A stretch of DNA of 64,000 nt from Octopus vulgaris (taxonomy: Eukaryota). Below the pieces are notes generated by a model. The model had not been told where the DNA came from. It was given only the letters and a program-made list of their open reading frames with translations, and did not search any database. The DNA is taken from NCBI GenBank assembly GCA_951406725.2, contig OX597832.1:65348001-65412000 (forward strand). The letters are read 5' to 3'. Each line of letters starts with the position of its first letter. The first letter of the stretch is position 1. This document shows positions 13,327 to 27,359 of this stretch, one piece after another. Made by a program: the position numbers and the translations under genes.

Positions 13327-13745
13327 TATATGTATATATTAGAAGATATTGGCACATTGTACTACGCAGCCAAACGAAATCCAAGAAGATGTGGTTGGGA
13401 AGAAACTTCTTACCACGGAGCCACGCCTATTCCTACATATATACATTTTTCTTTGAAAATAAACCAAGTCATCTTATCACAGATACACATTTTTTATGAA
13501 ACCTAATATTTTGACAGATACACTTTCCCTTCCTCGACCTTGTCATTGAATTTTTTTATTCAGCTTTAAAATTTAATATAACGAATTTTTTCTCAGTTTC
13601 TGTTGCTTTGATACCTGATATATAAGACGCTCAGCTATCATGGGATGAGATGTATGTTCTTAGATTCCACGTCTCATCCGTTATCTCTTTGAAACCGATC
13701 GATTTCAAGGACTATTTGTATTTACGTATACTCACCTGCATTTAC

Positions 13746-13844
<99 letters not shown>

Positions 13845-14141
13845 CATATATGTATATATGTATATATATATATATATACATACCTATATATATATATAAA
13901 TATGATTGTATATGTGTATATACATATATACATATATGTAGGTATGTGTGTGTGTATATATATATATATGCGTATATATATATATATATATATACATACA
14001 TACATATATATCTATATACATATATTGTAAGGTCGATAGATAGATATAGACACATAATCTATCAATATATCTATTGATTTATCTATATGTATATCTATCA
14101 GTCTGCCCGCCCGTCCGTCTGTCCCTATGTCGCTCTGTCTG

Positions 14142-14210
<69 letters not shown>

Positions 14211-14249
14211 TTATCGATCTATAAATTCATATATTCCTTTATTCATTTA

Positions 14250-14467
14250 TTTGTTTCAGTAGTTTCACTGCGGCCATACTGGAGCACTGCCTTTAGTCGA
14301 ACTAATCGACACCATGACATATTCTATGTTATCCTTGTACTTATTCTATCGGTCTCTTATGACGAACCGCTAATTTATGGGGAGGTAAACACACCAGCAT
14401 CTTTGTCAAACAATGTTGAGTGGACAAACAGAGACACACAAACATATACACACCTATATACATACAT

Positions 14468-14543
<76 letters not shown>

Positions 14544-14722
14544 TATATGCGACGGACTTCTTTCAGCTTTCAGTGTCCATCTACCAGATCCACTCACAAG
14601 GCTTTGGTCGGTTCGAGGCTATAGTAGAATACACTCTTCCAAGAGGCCACGCAGTGGAACTGAACCTGGAACCATGTTGTTAGTAAGAAAGCTACTTACA
14701 ATCCAGGCACTATTGCGCCTAT
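14250..14722 (-). mobile_element. tRNA-derived SINE family A
   Basis: Collinear with 39581-39987. Confidence 0.85.
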
Positions 14723-14760
14723 GGTTACTTCTGTCCCTATATATATATATATATATATAC

Positions 14761-14820
<60 letters not shown>

Positions 14821-14894
14821 TTATATATGTATATATATGTGTGTGTGTATGTGTGCGTGCTTTTGTGTGTGTGCGCGCGTACGTGTGTGCGTAG

Positions 14895-15200
14895 CAGGCG
14901 TGGCAATTTGGGAAATTGTCTTCTGCGGTAGCTGCGGCCCGGCCAAAGCATTGTGAATGGATTTGCTGGATGGAAATTGAAAGAAGACTGTCAAGTAAAT
15001 GTATATATTCGTGTGTTTGTCCCCCAACCATCGCTTGACAACCGATATTGTTGTGTTTACCTCTCCATAACAGAGCGGTTCGGCAAAAGTCACCAGTAAG
15101 TACTACGCTTACAAAGAATATGTCCAGTGTTCTATATTTTCGACTAAAAGGCGTTACTTCGGAATGGCCACTGTCAAAACGACTGAAAGAAATAAAAGGA
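14895..15200 (+). mobile_element. tRNA-derived SINE family A, degenerate
   Basis: TGGATTTGCTGGATGGAAATTGAAAGAAG, CGCTTGACAACCGAT and tail GACTGAAAG match the family. Confidence 0.7.
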
Positions 15201-15315
15201 TAACTATACACATACATACATACATATATATATCCATGTATATAACTTAGAATAACCTAGAAAGGTTTCAGCCAGTATTGGCCCAGGCCATATCTAACTT
15301 AATATCACCACCTGG

Positions 15316-15379
<64 letters not shown>

Positions 15380-15395
15380 ATACCTACATGTGTAT

Positions 15396-15433
<38 letters not shown>

Positions 15434-15472
15434 CTAGATATGTATATGATATATATATGTATATGTGTATAA

Positions 15473-15607
<135 letters not shown>

Positions 15608-15658
15608 CACATAATCTATCAATCTATCTATTGATGTATCTATATGTATATTTGTCTG

Positions 15659-16784
15659 TCTACACATATATAACACCCTAATGGGAGACTTAACTCCCAA
15701 ATTTTAGTAATTTCTTTTATGATCAAAAACTAGGTCAAAAGTACTGAATGGATCTTTATGAGATTTGGAAATTATATTCTATGCATAAGGGCCATAACCC
15801 CCATGACAATTCATATATTTTGCTGTTGATGAAATTTTTACCATAGATATTGGATACAAATGAAGTATTATTTATAAAATTTCATCTTATTAGAAGTTAG
15901 AAAGACCCCTCCATGGGGACTTAACACCCACAATTTTGTCACTTTATCTAAGTAAAAACGAATACAGTTGTGCTCTTGGAAGCTATGGGTTTACCCGAGC
16001 ATAAAAGATGAGCATTATTTGTAATTCAATGGTACATCAGTTTAAAAGTTTGCTTCGACATACACTTACAATGTGATTTCTGCAATGTGGTGCATAATTT
16101 GTCAAGTAAATGAGAGGCACCTTTGCCTCCACTGATTCAGTTGCAAAGTGTTGAGTAAAGTTACTTGATTGCAGCCCTCCCGCCACTCTTTTTCTTATCA
16201 CTGGGTCAAACACAGACCCCAGATGGAAACATTGATTTCAAGGCCTTCCCAGATGAGTGACTGGTTATTCAAAGACATTTATAGATTGTAAATTCATTCT
16301 GTCAACTTACGTATCAGTATAGCGTGCATTTGCAAACTCCAACTTTCATATCTCATAACTTTGGTCTATTTTACAAACCCAGTGAATATATATTTCCTAT
16401 TTCAAAGAAATTCAAACAATAGATATAAGAGCCAAGTTAAAAAGATTCTCAACAATTCAACCTCTCTGGTTAACATTAAGATGTCCACCCCCAACAGGAG
16501 CCTTAACTCTCACATTTTAGAGCTCCATGACCTTCATTTTTCAGGAGCGAAATCTTCAGGTTCAATAAGACTGGAATTTTGGAATATGTGCATTAAACTC
16601 AGTAGTATGGCATAAATGTGGCACGATTACAATTTTTGGGGGTGTGTAAAGAGGGAAATAACCCTCATCTGCACTTTTGATGAAATTCGAAACATAGATA
16701 TTTCAGTTCATTACAGAAAATATAACAGAAAAGACTAATTTTTCAATTGCATGTAACACGGGCAACGCCGGGTATCTCAGCTAG
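15659..16784 (+). mobile_element. Non-autonomous Helitron (family 2), copy 2
   Basis: 3' CACGGGCAACGCCGGG hairpin + CTAG|T; homologous to 12144-13326. Confidence 0.82.
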
Positions 16785-16865
<81 letters not shown>

Positions 16866-16949
16866 ATACACATATACATATATAGAAATATACATATACA
16901 TACATATATATATATACATATATATATATACATACATACATATAGATAT

Positions 16950-16998
<49 letters not shown>

Positions 16999-17089
16999 GT
17001 GTGTGTGTGTGTGTGTGTATATCTATATGTATGTATGTATATATATATATGTATGTATATGTATATATTCTATATATGTATATGTGTAT

Positions 17090-17785
<696 letters not shown>

Positions 17786-17925
17786 AAAAAATATGTGTAT
17801 ATGTATGCATATATATACATACATTTGCATGTATGCATATATATGTATATATATATGTATATCTATATGTATATATATCCATATATGTATATATATGTAT
17901 ATTTATATGAATATTTATATACATA

Positions 17926-18006
<81 letters not shown>

Positions 18007-18120
18007 ATATTTCGGAATGGTCATATTGCCAGTTTAGCCAATAAAAACACACGCACTATATATTTGGTGTTATTTTGCTTCAGTGATATTTATTTTTTAC
18101 ATTAATCTTAATCTTATTTC

Positions 18121-18165
18121 GGCCAAAGTTCTTTCGTCACACTCCTGTGACCGCATCAGTGGTCC
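18121..18165 (-). ncRNA. Hammerhead-like motif in the PLE terminal repeat (non-canonical core CUGAUGCG); mirror copy at 20358-20402 (+)
   Basis: GGACCA-CTGATGCG-GTCACA-GGAG-TGTGAC-GAAA-G-AA-CTT-TGGCC: perfect 6-bp stem II, GAAA, minimal stem III, imperfect stem I. Confidence 0.55.
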
Positions 18166-18646
18166 TTTGTTTTCTTCTCACTTACTTGTGTCTCTCCTTA
18201 CTAACCGTCAGCCATTTTGTATTTCTATTGTATGTCTTCATTTGCGCATGCTTATATCTCTATGTGCGTCTATGTTTATTTAGTGTGTGTGGGGGGGATG
18301 CCTGTAATATTTGTATCTTCTGGTTATATACATTCTTGTAATTTGTATTTTGTTTTTGTTGTTGTTGCTTTTGTTCTAATTTTGTTCATGTGTTTACATC
18401 CACCCATTATTATCATTACATATGCTTGTATGTATGTATAACAACAATATTAGTAATAATAATAATAAATCTAATCGAAAAAAAAAAAAAAAAAAGAATA
18501 TACATATACATATATATATATACATACATATACATATACATATATATGCATATGTACACACATATATACACATATAGATATTCATTTCTATTTCTTTAAT
18601 TACCTGTGTATTTATTATTTTATTATGTTTGCAGGATCCACTATTG

Positions 18647-20135
18647 TCATATGTTGTGGTGTGCGCTATTGCTCCATTCTAGTTTTCTATTCAGGCTAGG
18701 TTTATTTTCTATTATATGTGTAGCTTCTGTAATTTGTCTAATTGTTGCATCTGTTCTATGTGTGGACAATATCTTAATCTCTATGTTATTGATTGATCCC
18801 CCGTGTTCTTGTTCGGCGTGTTGGTACAGAATCGATGAGCTTTTACCTTCCTTGAGTTGTCTCCAATGTTCATTCACCCGCTCACCAATGCTTCTTGCAG
18901 TTTCCCCTACGTATGTTACTGTCTTGTTACTGCATCGTCCCTCTATACATCTTATACTATAGACCACATTTCTGGCTTTACAGTTCGTTTGTGGGCTAAA
19001 TCTACATACAGTGCAATAGTTATCCGTACAGAGAGTTCTACTAAAAGGATAGCTTTTACCAATTATAGATCTGATAGGGTTGCCTGGCTTTTCAACAACC
19101 TTAATTCTTAGTTTAAGTTTATCTAGGGTCCTTCTAAAGCGGTACGCTAGTTCACCTCCAGGGGTGGTGTCAACGAACATGACACTCTGGTATTTATGGC
19201 TATCATACCAAGAGTTGGCCTTCCCTATTTTCTTTTTTGTCCTTTCTATAGTGTTCCATGACTTGTTCCTATAGAGTGGGCAAATCCCATTCCTATCATT
19301 ACATAATATATTATCAAATTTCTTCATGGCTCCTTTGTATACTCTGATCCTTTCTTTATGGCTGTAACCTGAGAACTGCATGCGGTGAATGAAATACTGT
19401 ATGTGTCTCTTTAATTCTGTAGGCTCGGACATGCGTGACACATTTCTCATTATTCTGACGAGGTCTGCCATCAAAATATTGAATTTGGCATTGCCCGCAA
19501 TGGCTGAGTTCCGGTGGATCAGGTATTTTGAGGCCATAGGTTTTGCATAGTATGAATGAAGGATTTGGGTTTTATTTTTCACAATTTCTAGCCAGAGTTC
19601 AGTGTCTAGTACTGGTAGTCTATGGTTGGGGTGTTTAGTGGGGTAGTCTATTGTGACCTTAATACTCTGGTGGATGGAGTTAGCTATTTGCTGGATGCTC
19701 TCCATAGTATTAGTTTCTATTACTATATCAACAGTACTCTCTTGTGGGGGTGCCTTTACTACTATATTGATATCATCAACATAGCGAGAGTACATGTTTA
19801 CGAGTATGGATTTCTGCAGTAGGCATTCTTTAAGCCTTCTGTCCCACCATACCATGAAGAGGTTGGCCACATCACCAGCGATACTAACACCGATGGCTGC
19901 CCCCACGTCCTGGGCATATATTTTATTATTAAATTTAAATGTGTGGCCTTTTAGGGTAACTCTTATACTAGCTCCTAGTGCATGTGCGATCATTTTCTTT
20001 ACCTGATGGACATTTGCGGGGCTCCGTATGGCTCTGGTCCATCCGCGCCATCTTTCTATATGTGTCTTCCTAGCCATAGAAGTAATTGTAGGCGGTCTAC
20101 CTCTTAAACATCTACTGGGGCAGAAACTACTAAGT
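18647..20135 (-). pseudogene. PLE reverse transcriptase (motif B onward) + GIY-YIG endonuclease; frame uninterrupted but N-terminally truncated
   Basis: FKFNNKIYAQDVGAAIG (motif B), YSRYVDD (motif C), LPVLD, YAKPMAS thumb, CxxxxCxxC linker, VVYSIRC...YVGETARS...R..EH...H...H (GIY-YIG/CCHH). The frame stays open to the junction at ~20135, and RT motif A is absent. Confidence 0.9.
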
Positions 20136-21049
20136 TTAACAAAATTAGAACAAAAGCAACAACAACAAAAACAAAATACAAATTACAAGAATGTATATAA
20201 CCAGAAGATACAAATATTACAGGCATCCCCCCACACACACTAAATAAACATAGACGCACATAGAGATATAAGCATGCGCAAATGAAGACATACAATAGAA
20301 ATACAGAATGGCTGACGGTTAGTAAGGAGAGACACAAGTAAGTGAGAAGAAAACAAAGGACCACTGATGCGGTCACAGGAGTGTGACGAAAGAACTTTGG
20401 CCGAAATAAGATTAAGATTAATGTAAAAAATAAATATCACTGAAGCAAAATAACACCAAATATATAGTGCGTGTGTTTTTATTGGCTAAACTGGCAATAT
20501 GACCATTCCGAAATATAACAATATCTGTTTCAACACACGACTTCACATAAAAAATCTTGCACAACAAATATTTAAACGTATATATATATATATATATCTT
20601 TATATCTATGTGAATGAATATATATATATATGTTTATATATTGTGTGTGTATGTGTATGTGTGAATGTTTGGTTGAGTCCTCATCTCTCTCTCTGCCTCT
20701 CTCTCTCTCAAACGCCTACTCAATTATTCGTTCGTCATCTGCCACAATATTCCTACATTATATATTCCGGTGTTACGCGGAAACAATATATAAGAAATAT
20801 AATAATATTTCCTGATCTCTGAATCACATCTGAACAAAATTCTCTTCTAATCACATATTTTACTCTTTCACTTTATGAGAAAATTATTGTTTTTATTGAC
20901 AGATATTTATTTTATTTTATTTTATTTTGTTTCATAATTGTTTGATTTTAAAGAAGAATTTTTCAACAGACTTCCCTTTATCAAAGACTCACAGGCACAT
21001 GTGTCAGTCTACAAATGTATGTATGTATGCATATACAGACACACACGCG

Positions 21050-21090
<41 letters not shown>

Positions 21091-21122
21091 TTGTGTGTGT
21101 ATACGTATATATATATTATATT

Positions 21123-21163
<41 letters not shown>

Positions 21164-21260
21164 GCACATATATCAAGAGATAGATAGATACAGATACTCA
21201 CACATAGCTATATATATATATACAAACATACATACATGCATAAATATATATATATATATA

Positions 21261-21313
<53 letters not shown>

Positions 21314-21417
21314 TGCATGTATCAAATTATTTATATATCTATGTATTTCTCTCTCTCTATCTAATTATCTATTTGACTTTCTGTCTATTATCTGCCTATG
21401 AAACCATCTATCTATCA

Positions 21418-21498
<81 letters not shown>

Positions 21499-21512
21499 CC
21501 TATCTATCTATA

Positions 21513-21571
<59 letters not shown>

Positions 21572-21582
21572 ATATATATATA

Positions 21583-21656
<74 letters not shown>

Positions 21657-22556
21657 GAGAGAGAGAGTTACATGAATATAATATATTTGCTAATATATAT
21701 ATATATATGAAAACATATATGCATATGTATACGTGCATATGTATAAGTTTATATGTCGTTTGTATGTGTATGTGTGTGCGTGTTTGTTTGTGTGTGCGTT
21801 TCTATCCGTGTGTAGGTGTATATCGTCGGGAGTTTAAAGTGAGACTGTAAGGTGATTTCGCGTTACCTAATCAATATAAACCTCATCACGGTTTAATAGC
21901 TCTTGTATACCTACCCACTCCCTTTCCCTTATCTTTCACACGTTCTCGCACATATATACGCACCCACCCATTGCATATATACATACTAAATACCTATCTA
22001 TATATACATACATACACACACACACTTATATGTGTGTGTGTCTACAATCGCACATATACACATATCTATGCAGCCAATCTAAATGTTCGTCGGAGGTTCG
22101 CTTGCTTAAAAATGTTAACAACGAACAATAGCGTGCAGAAGATATTATCTTGTAACACAATGGATACTCAACGAGAAATGTCTACACGGTGTCTACTTTC
22201 AGACATTCACAACGATTCTCTCTCTGAAACAACATAGAATAATGGAGCAGCTGTCTTTCCTTTGTTGCTAACCGTATTTGGCTTTTTGTCTCTGATGTCT
22301 ATTACAAATAAAGAATACTCACTCATTTGCAAGAATAACAAACAGATCACTGGCAGTCTACTTAGCTTTTTGACTGATTACGATCAAAACGTCTCTTGTC
22401 ACGTGGGGTGGTTGGTGAGGTTGTTGTGGTTGTAGTGGTGATACTACTGGTGTTGGTAGTAGTAATATTTGAAGTTGAGGTAGAAATAGTAGTAACAGTT
22501 GTAGGCATTCTGGGTGCAGAGATATTGGTAAAAGTTAATATTATTGAAATTATTAA

Positions 22557-22750
22557 CGCGGTGAGCTGGCAGAGACGTTAGCACGCCGGGCGAAATCCTT
22601 AGCAGTATTTTGTCTCCCTTTACCTTTTGAGTTCTAATTCAGTCACGGTCGACTTTCCTTTTCAGGGTCAATAAATTAAATACCAGTTAAGTACTGAGGT
22701 TGAACTAATCGACTGCCCCCCTTACCCAAAATTGTTCCTAGAAAAGAAAG
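22557..22750 (+). mobile_element. tRNA-derived SINE family B
   Basis: GCGGTGAGCTGGCAGA (A box), GAGTTCTAATTC (B box), GGTCGACTTT...AAATTAAATACCAG. Confidence 0.8.
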
Positions 22751-22829
22751 TAATATTAAAGTTATTATCATTAATTTTATAAACTGATTAATATAAATGT
22801 CATTGTTATTAGTTGTAATAATATTGATC

Positions 22830-23035
22830 TCGAAATTTAGGCACAAAGGCAGAAATTTCGAATGATGGGATAAGTAGATTACATCGACCCTAGTGTTTAA
22901 CTGGTACTTATTTTATCGACTCCGAAAGGATGAAAGGTAAAATCGACCTCTGCGAAATTTGAACTTAGAACGCAGAGAAGACGAAATGCCGTTTAGCATC
23001 TTACCCGGTGGGCTAACGGTTCTACCAGTTCGCCG
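22830..23035 (-). mobile_element. tRNA-derived SINE family B
   Basis: Reverse complement of family B (CTGGTACTTATTTTATCGAC...GAAAGG...AATTTGAACT). Confidence 0.8.
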
Positions 23036-23269
23036 GTTAATTAGTAGTACCAGTTTTAATTCCAGAATAGTCTTTACGTTCTTAGCTTTCCTTTTATCAT
23101 CCTGAGGATGATAAAATAAGTAACAGCCTAGTAAAGAATCGATGTAATCAACGTAACCCACCCCTGAAATTACTGGCCTTGTTCCAAACTTTTTAAAGTA
23201 TTATTAATTCCAGAATCTAAAGCAGCAGACTGGCAGAATCGTTAGTGCACCAGGTTAAATACTTAGTGA

Positions 23270-24500
23270 AAACCGATAAAAGCCCCAAGAATTTGGGAGG
23301 CGAGGAACGAACGCACAAGTCGCAAATCGCTGGGATTGGATAGTCTCCCCGTGCATTCTACAAGTACATGCTGGATTGGTTTGTCAGCCTCTTGGCAGAC
23401 GGCTATAATAATTAGCAGCAGAAGGGAGATCCTAGTATTGTTAGCCAGGTGTGGTGACGTTGCTGAGAAAAGACGTCGACAATGGGGCGGTGCTAGAGAG
23501 GTTTTGGTTCCTAATTCTGCTAAAAACAGAATTTAAGGTTTTGGACAAAGTTTTAGTTACAAGGTTGACGCCTGTTGTCCGTTGTCTGGTCGGAGAAGCA
23601 CAAAGGTGCTCAAGAGCGAAGAGGTCTGCCAAACAAAACAACCACCTCATGTGATACATCATACAGAGAGCTGGGTCAAACCAGTCTGTGGTTGGGCTGT
23701 GATCAATTTGGATCAATCCAATACATTCGATAGGGTCGATCATCGCTACATGGAATTCGTTCAGAAAGCGATCGGTTTCGAACCTGTTTTCAGATGATGG
23801 TTTGCTGCAATGAACATTGGCATCTGCTCAGTGGTCAAAGTAAACGGCCAACCATCGAAAGTGTTTAGCATCGCAATCTCAGCACACCAGGCGTGCCCGT
23901 CGTCACCTCTACAGTACCTGCTGGCTCTCGAGTAACCGCTGTGGAATTTGGGGCAGTTAAGGGTCATCTGTTTTGGTCTAGGACGCGGGAGGACAATGTC
24001 GGCATACAGGGACGACGTCACCCTCATAGTGTCGGATGCCTGCGGAATGGAAACTTTCGGCAAATTCTCGAAGAATATCAGTCGGTTGAAGGGTTTAAAA
24101 TCAACGCCAACAAATCGGTGGGCTAGCGACAGGGCGAGTCGGGAGGTCAGCCGGTGTCGTCGGACACTGGAACAACGTACCAGTTAAGGGGCTCTGAATC
24201 CGGTTCGGTCCCAACCTACAGGTAGATAAGAACTGGGATGAAATGACGATAGAGTGGACAAAGTTAACCTGAGATGGGCTGAGAGAAAGCTGACCCAGAA
24301 AGGTAGGGCATTAGTGACAAATGCCTACATCACCTCCGTTGTCATTTATCGCCTGACGGTTGTACTTTGCACAGGTTATTGTTTGACCAGGCTGGAGCAT
24401 CTCTTATTTTATTTCTTGTAGAAAGGACGTGTTTCAGTTGTCAGGCAGTTCGTCTGCTGCCAGGCTCCCCTTAGTGGCGGATTGGGCATTCCGTGGCAAT
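23270..24500 (+). mobile_element. Tx1/L1-clade LINE RT remnant (frameshifted, with stops)
   Basis: GVVTLLRK, LLKTEFKVLDKVL..RL, INLDQSNTFDRVDH (motif A), QACPSSPLQY (QGCPLSP), AYRDDVT (YADD). Confidence 0.8.
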
Positions 24501-25189
24501 GTACCAGTTAAAACAATCTTTTGCACTTTTTGCAGAGATGGCAAACCAGGGTTATACTTAGTAATTTTCATTATATTTTGTGATCATTCTTACTGCTTTA
24601 TGATTATTATTGAAAGAGCAGTTCGTGCCATCAACGTGATACTTGGGTACATATATACGAAGCCGTATATACTCATCATGACATCTGTCTGATAAGAGTA
24701 CACCAGGCACAAGCACCATAACCATATTTGCACGTCATGGTGATCTCATATCAAGATAAACAGCGCATGACCTTGCAGGTGAGGCCCAGGTAGGGTTTTC
24801 TTCAGCTCAAATAATCAATCCTGCTCAATAGGTCCTTAAGTAAGGTTTTCTCAGGATGTTGAACGAAACCTCCATGTTTCCAGATGTGAATTATTCGAAC
24901 CCCAAATAATTTATCCCAACACATGGCTATGATGCTCCCTCACAACACTTGCTCGTTATCAGAGAGACACATATAATCGGCAACTAAAGGACATGTCCAA
25001 CTGGATAATATCAAGCAACTTACAAACAAACCTTTTTTGAACAGAATATTTGTTGTAGTCCTTCTTTTACCCTAAAACAAAACATATACCCAACACTTAC
25101 AATTAGTTAAGATCAGAAACCATGTATATGTCGATGTTGTTGTTGCTGTTATTGTTGTTGTTGTTATTATTATTAGTATTATTATTATT

Positions 25190-25263
25190 CAGGTCACTAC
25201 CTGAAATCGAACTTGAATCTTGGGGTTAGTAGCCGGCGCTCTTAACCTCTACGCCATTTGCCC
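25190..25263 (-). mobile_element. tRNA-like head of the tRNA/hammerhead element, followed only by an (AAT/AAC)n tail
   Basis: GGGCAAATGGCGTAGAGGTTAAGAGCGCCGGCTACTAACCCCAAGATTCAAGTTCGATTTC: A and B boxes; homologous to the heads at 26751-26890. Confidence 0.75.
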
Positions 25264-26069
25264 ATAGTCTATTTTACAGACCACGAAAAGACGAATGCCT
25301 AATTCAGCTCAGAATTTAAGGGCCGGAAGTAATTCAAACTAAATTTTGATTGCTTCCTGTCCTTTGCATGTACGCAGAAAATATGTTTGTGGGTTTTCTA
25401 TCTGAACTTGGTTTTAGGGCTCCATTGTGTACCAAGTATCATGATAGAGAATTTTAGGAAGAGCCTGCAAGAGATCATGTCTCTATGGTACAAAATCATC
25501 ATCAGTCAAATGGAAAAATCTTCACACGGGATAACCATTTCGGCAACAAACGAAAAGCCAGATTGTGGGCCACAAAATCCAGCCAACCCACCCTACAAAA
25601 ATATGTGTTCAACTTGCCAGTTCTTTTCTTTATATTCTTTCCACGATATACGACGCTTTCTAGTTTATTATATTATCAAATATTCTTCATTTTCTCTCTT
25701 AATGTTTGTATTTTTAAAACTTTTTACTAATTAAAACATTATGTTTAATGCTCATTTTTTTGTATTTTAATTAGTTGTCTCCAACTCATAATTGCAATGT
25801 TATATTTATAAGTTAATCAATAGAGCTACCTTAGACGGTGATTTATTAATCTTTTCTACTAACGGTTCACGCACTCTTCATGTAGATTAATAATTCCCCA
25901 CTTGAGTATTTTGTACTCTTAGTCATTTCCCGTTAATTTAATATTCAGCTGAAACTGACGAAACTCTTCGATGAAAATCAATTTCCTTTTGGAAAAATTA
26001 CCATCGTCTTCATCGCAATCAGTCTCATCGTCGCGTCATCGTCGCTATTAACATAAGACAAAACTAATT

Positions 26070-26280
26070 ATTTTCTACTCTAGACACAAGGCCCGAAATC
26101 TTTGGGGAGGGAACCAGTCGATTAGATCGACCTCAGTACGCAACTGGTACTTAATTTATCGACCCAGAAATGATGAAAGGCAAAGTCAACCTCGGCGGAA
26201 TTTGAACTCAGAACGTAAAGACAGACGAACTACTGCTAACCATTTCGCCCGGCGTGCTAACGTTTCTGCCAGCTCGCCGC
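26070..26280 (-). mobile_element. tRNA-derived SINE family B, near full-length
   Basis: Reverse complement reads GCGGCGAGCTGGCAGAAACGTTAGCACGCCGGGCG...GAGTTCAAATTCCGCCGAGGTTGACTTTGCCTTTCATC. Confidence 0.9.
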
Positions 26281-26477
26281 ATTATAAGTCAAAAATATTT
26301 CCTAGGTTCAATGTGTCCAACTACGATTCTTGAAGTTTGTATCCCAGTATGGCCGAAGTCTGAATGAATGAAAGCTATAATAGATAAAAGGTGCATGCAT
26401 ACATACACCCGTACATCCCCACATAGTTATATCAAGAATAACCCAAATATTGTTATTTTTATTACTTTATTGAATAT

Positions 26478-26656
26478 AGTTCCATATTTAAAAGATGAGG
26501 AATTATGTACATTATTTACATTATTTACATTTGACAGATATTTGTCCTCGTCTTGTTTTTGTTAACACAACTTTTCGGCTGATATACCCTCCAGCCTTCA
26601 TCAGGTTTCTTGAGGACATTTCGAAACATGTTTCTCATGTCTAAGGTATTTTTCGA

Positions 26657-26754
<98 letters not shown>

Positions 26755-26829
26755 TCCCTGACTGGAATGAAACTTGGAATCTTGGGGTTAGTAGCCCGAA
26801 ATCCTAAGCACCACGCCATATGCCTACGG
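26478..26829 (-). mobile_element. Composite element: tRNA-like head + (AAT)n + hammerhead-bearing tail (copy L)
   Basis: Head at 26751-26825; (AAT)n; tail contains CTGATGA-A-GGCTG-GAGGGTATAT-CAGCC-GAAA-AGTT-GTGTT (26562-26609). Confidence 0.8.
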
Positions 26830-26895
26830 GTGGTTAAGAGTGCGGGATACTAACCGAAAGATTCCGAGTTCAATTCCAGGCAGTGACATGAATCA

Positions 26896-26964
<69 letters not shown>

Positions 26965-26977
26965 AACTACTACTAAA

Positions 26978-27020
<43 letters not shown>

Positions 27021-27328
27021 ATAATAATAATAATAATATAATAATAATAATAAAAATATTAATAATAGTATTAGTATTATTATCATCCTTATTATTATTA
27101 TTATTGTTATTATTATCATTATTATTATTATTATTATTAATATTATTATTATTAATATTATTATTATTATTATTATTCTATGTTTGACTTTTGCTTTATG
27201 TCTGTACAAGTTGGCTCCAAGTCTCTCCCAGAGACCTCAAGAGACAACAGGTTGGAAGTTCTGTGCCATATATTTGGGTTTTTTTTCCCCTCTTTTTTTT
27301 GGTGTTGTACTAGTGAATGTCTAATACA

Positions 27329-27359
<31 letters not shown>

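Larger units (their letters stand above)
17999..20524 (-). mobile_element. Penelope-like retroelement (C-terminal GIY-YIG type), 5'-truncated, with an inverted copy of its 3' terminal repeat
   Basis: RT + GIY-YIG ORF; 17999-18386 and 20138-20524 are inverted repeats differing by 1 SNP and 1 G-run indel; inserted at (TA)n. Confidence 0.93.

Noticed and set aside
18647-20135. Naiad/Chlamys-type or selenoprotein-encoding PLE
   Set aside because: The GIY-YIG domain is C-terminal and the retained frame has no in-frame TGA.
24610-25105. Complex non-coding segment that looks like an interspersed repeat
   Set aside because: Single copy in this window with no diagnostic motif; it cannot be classified without a database.
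25190-26890. Functional tRNA genes
   Set aside because: A/B boxes are present but the acceptor and T stems do not pair, and the sequences run into microsatellite tails. They are mobile-element heads.
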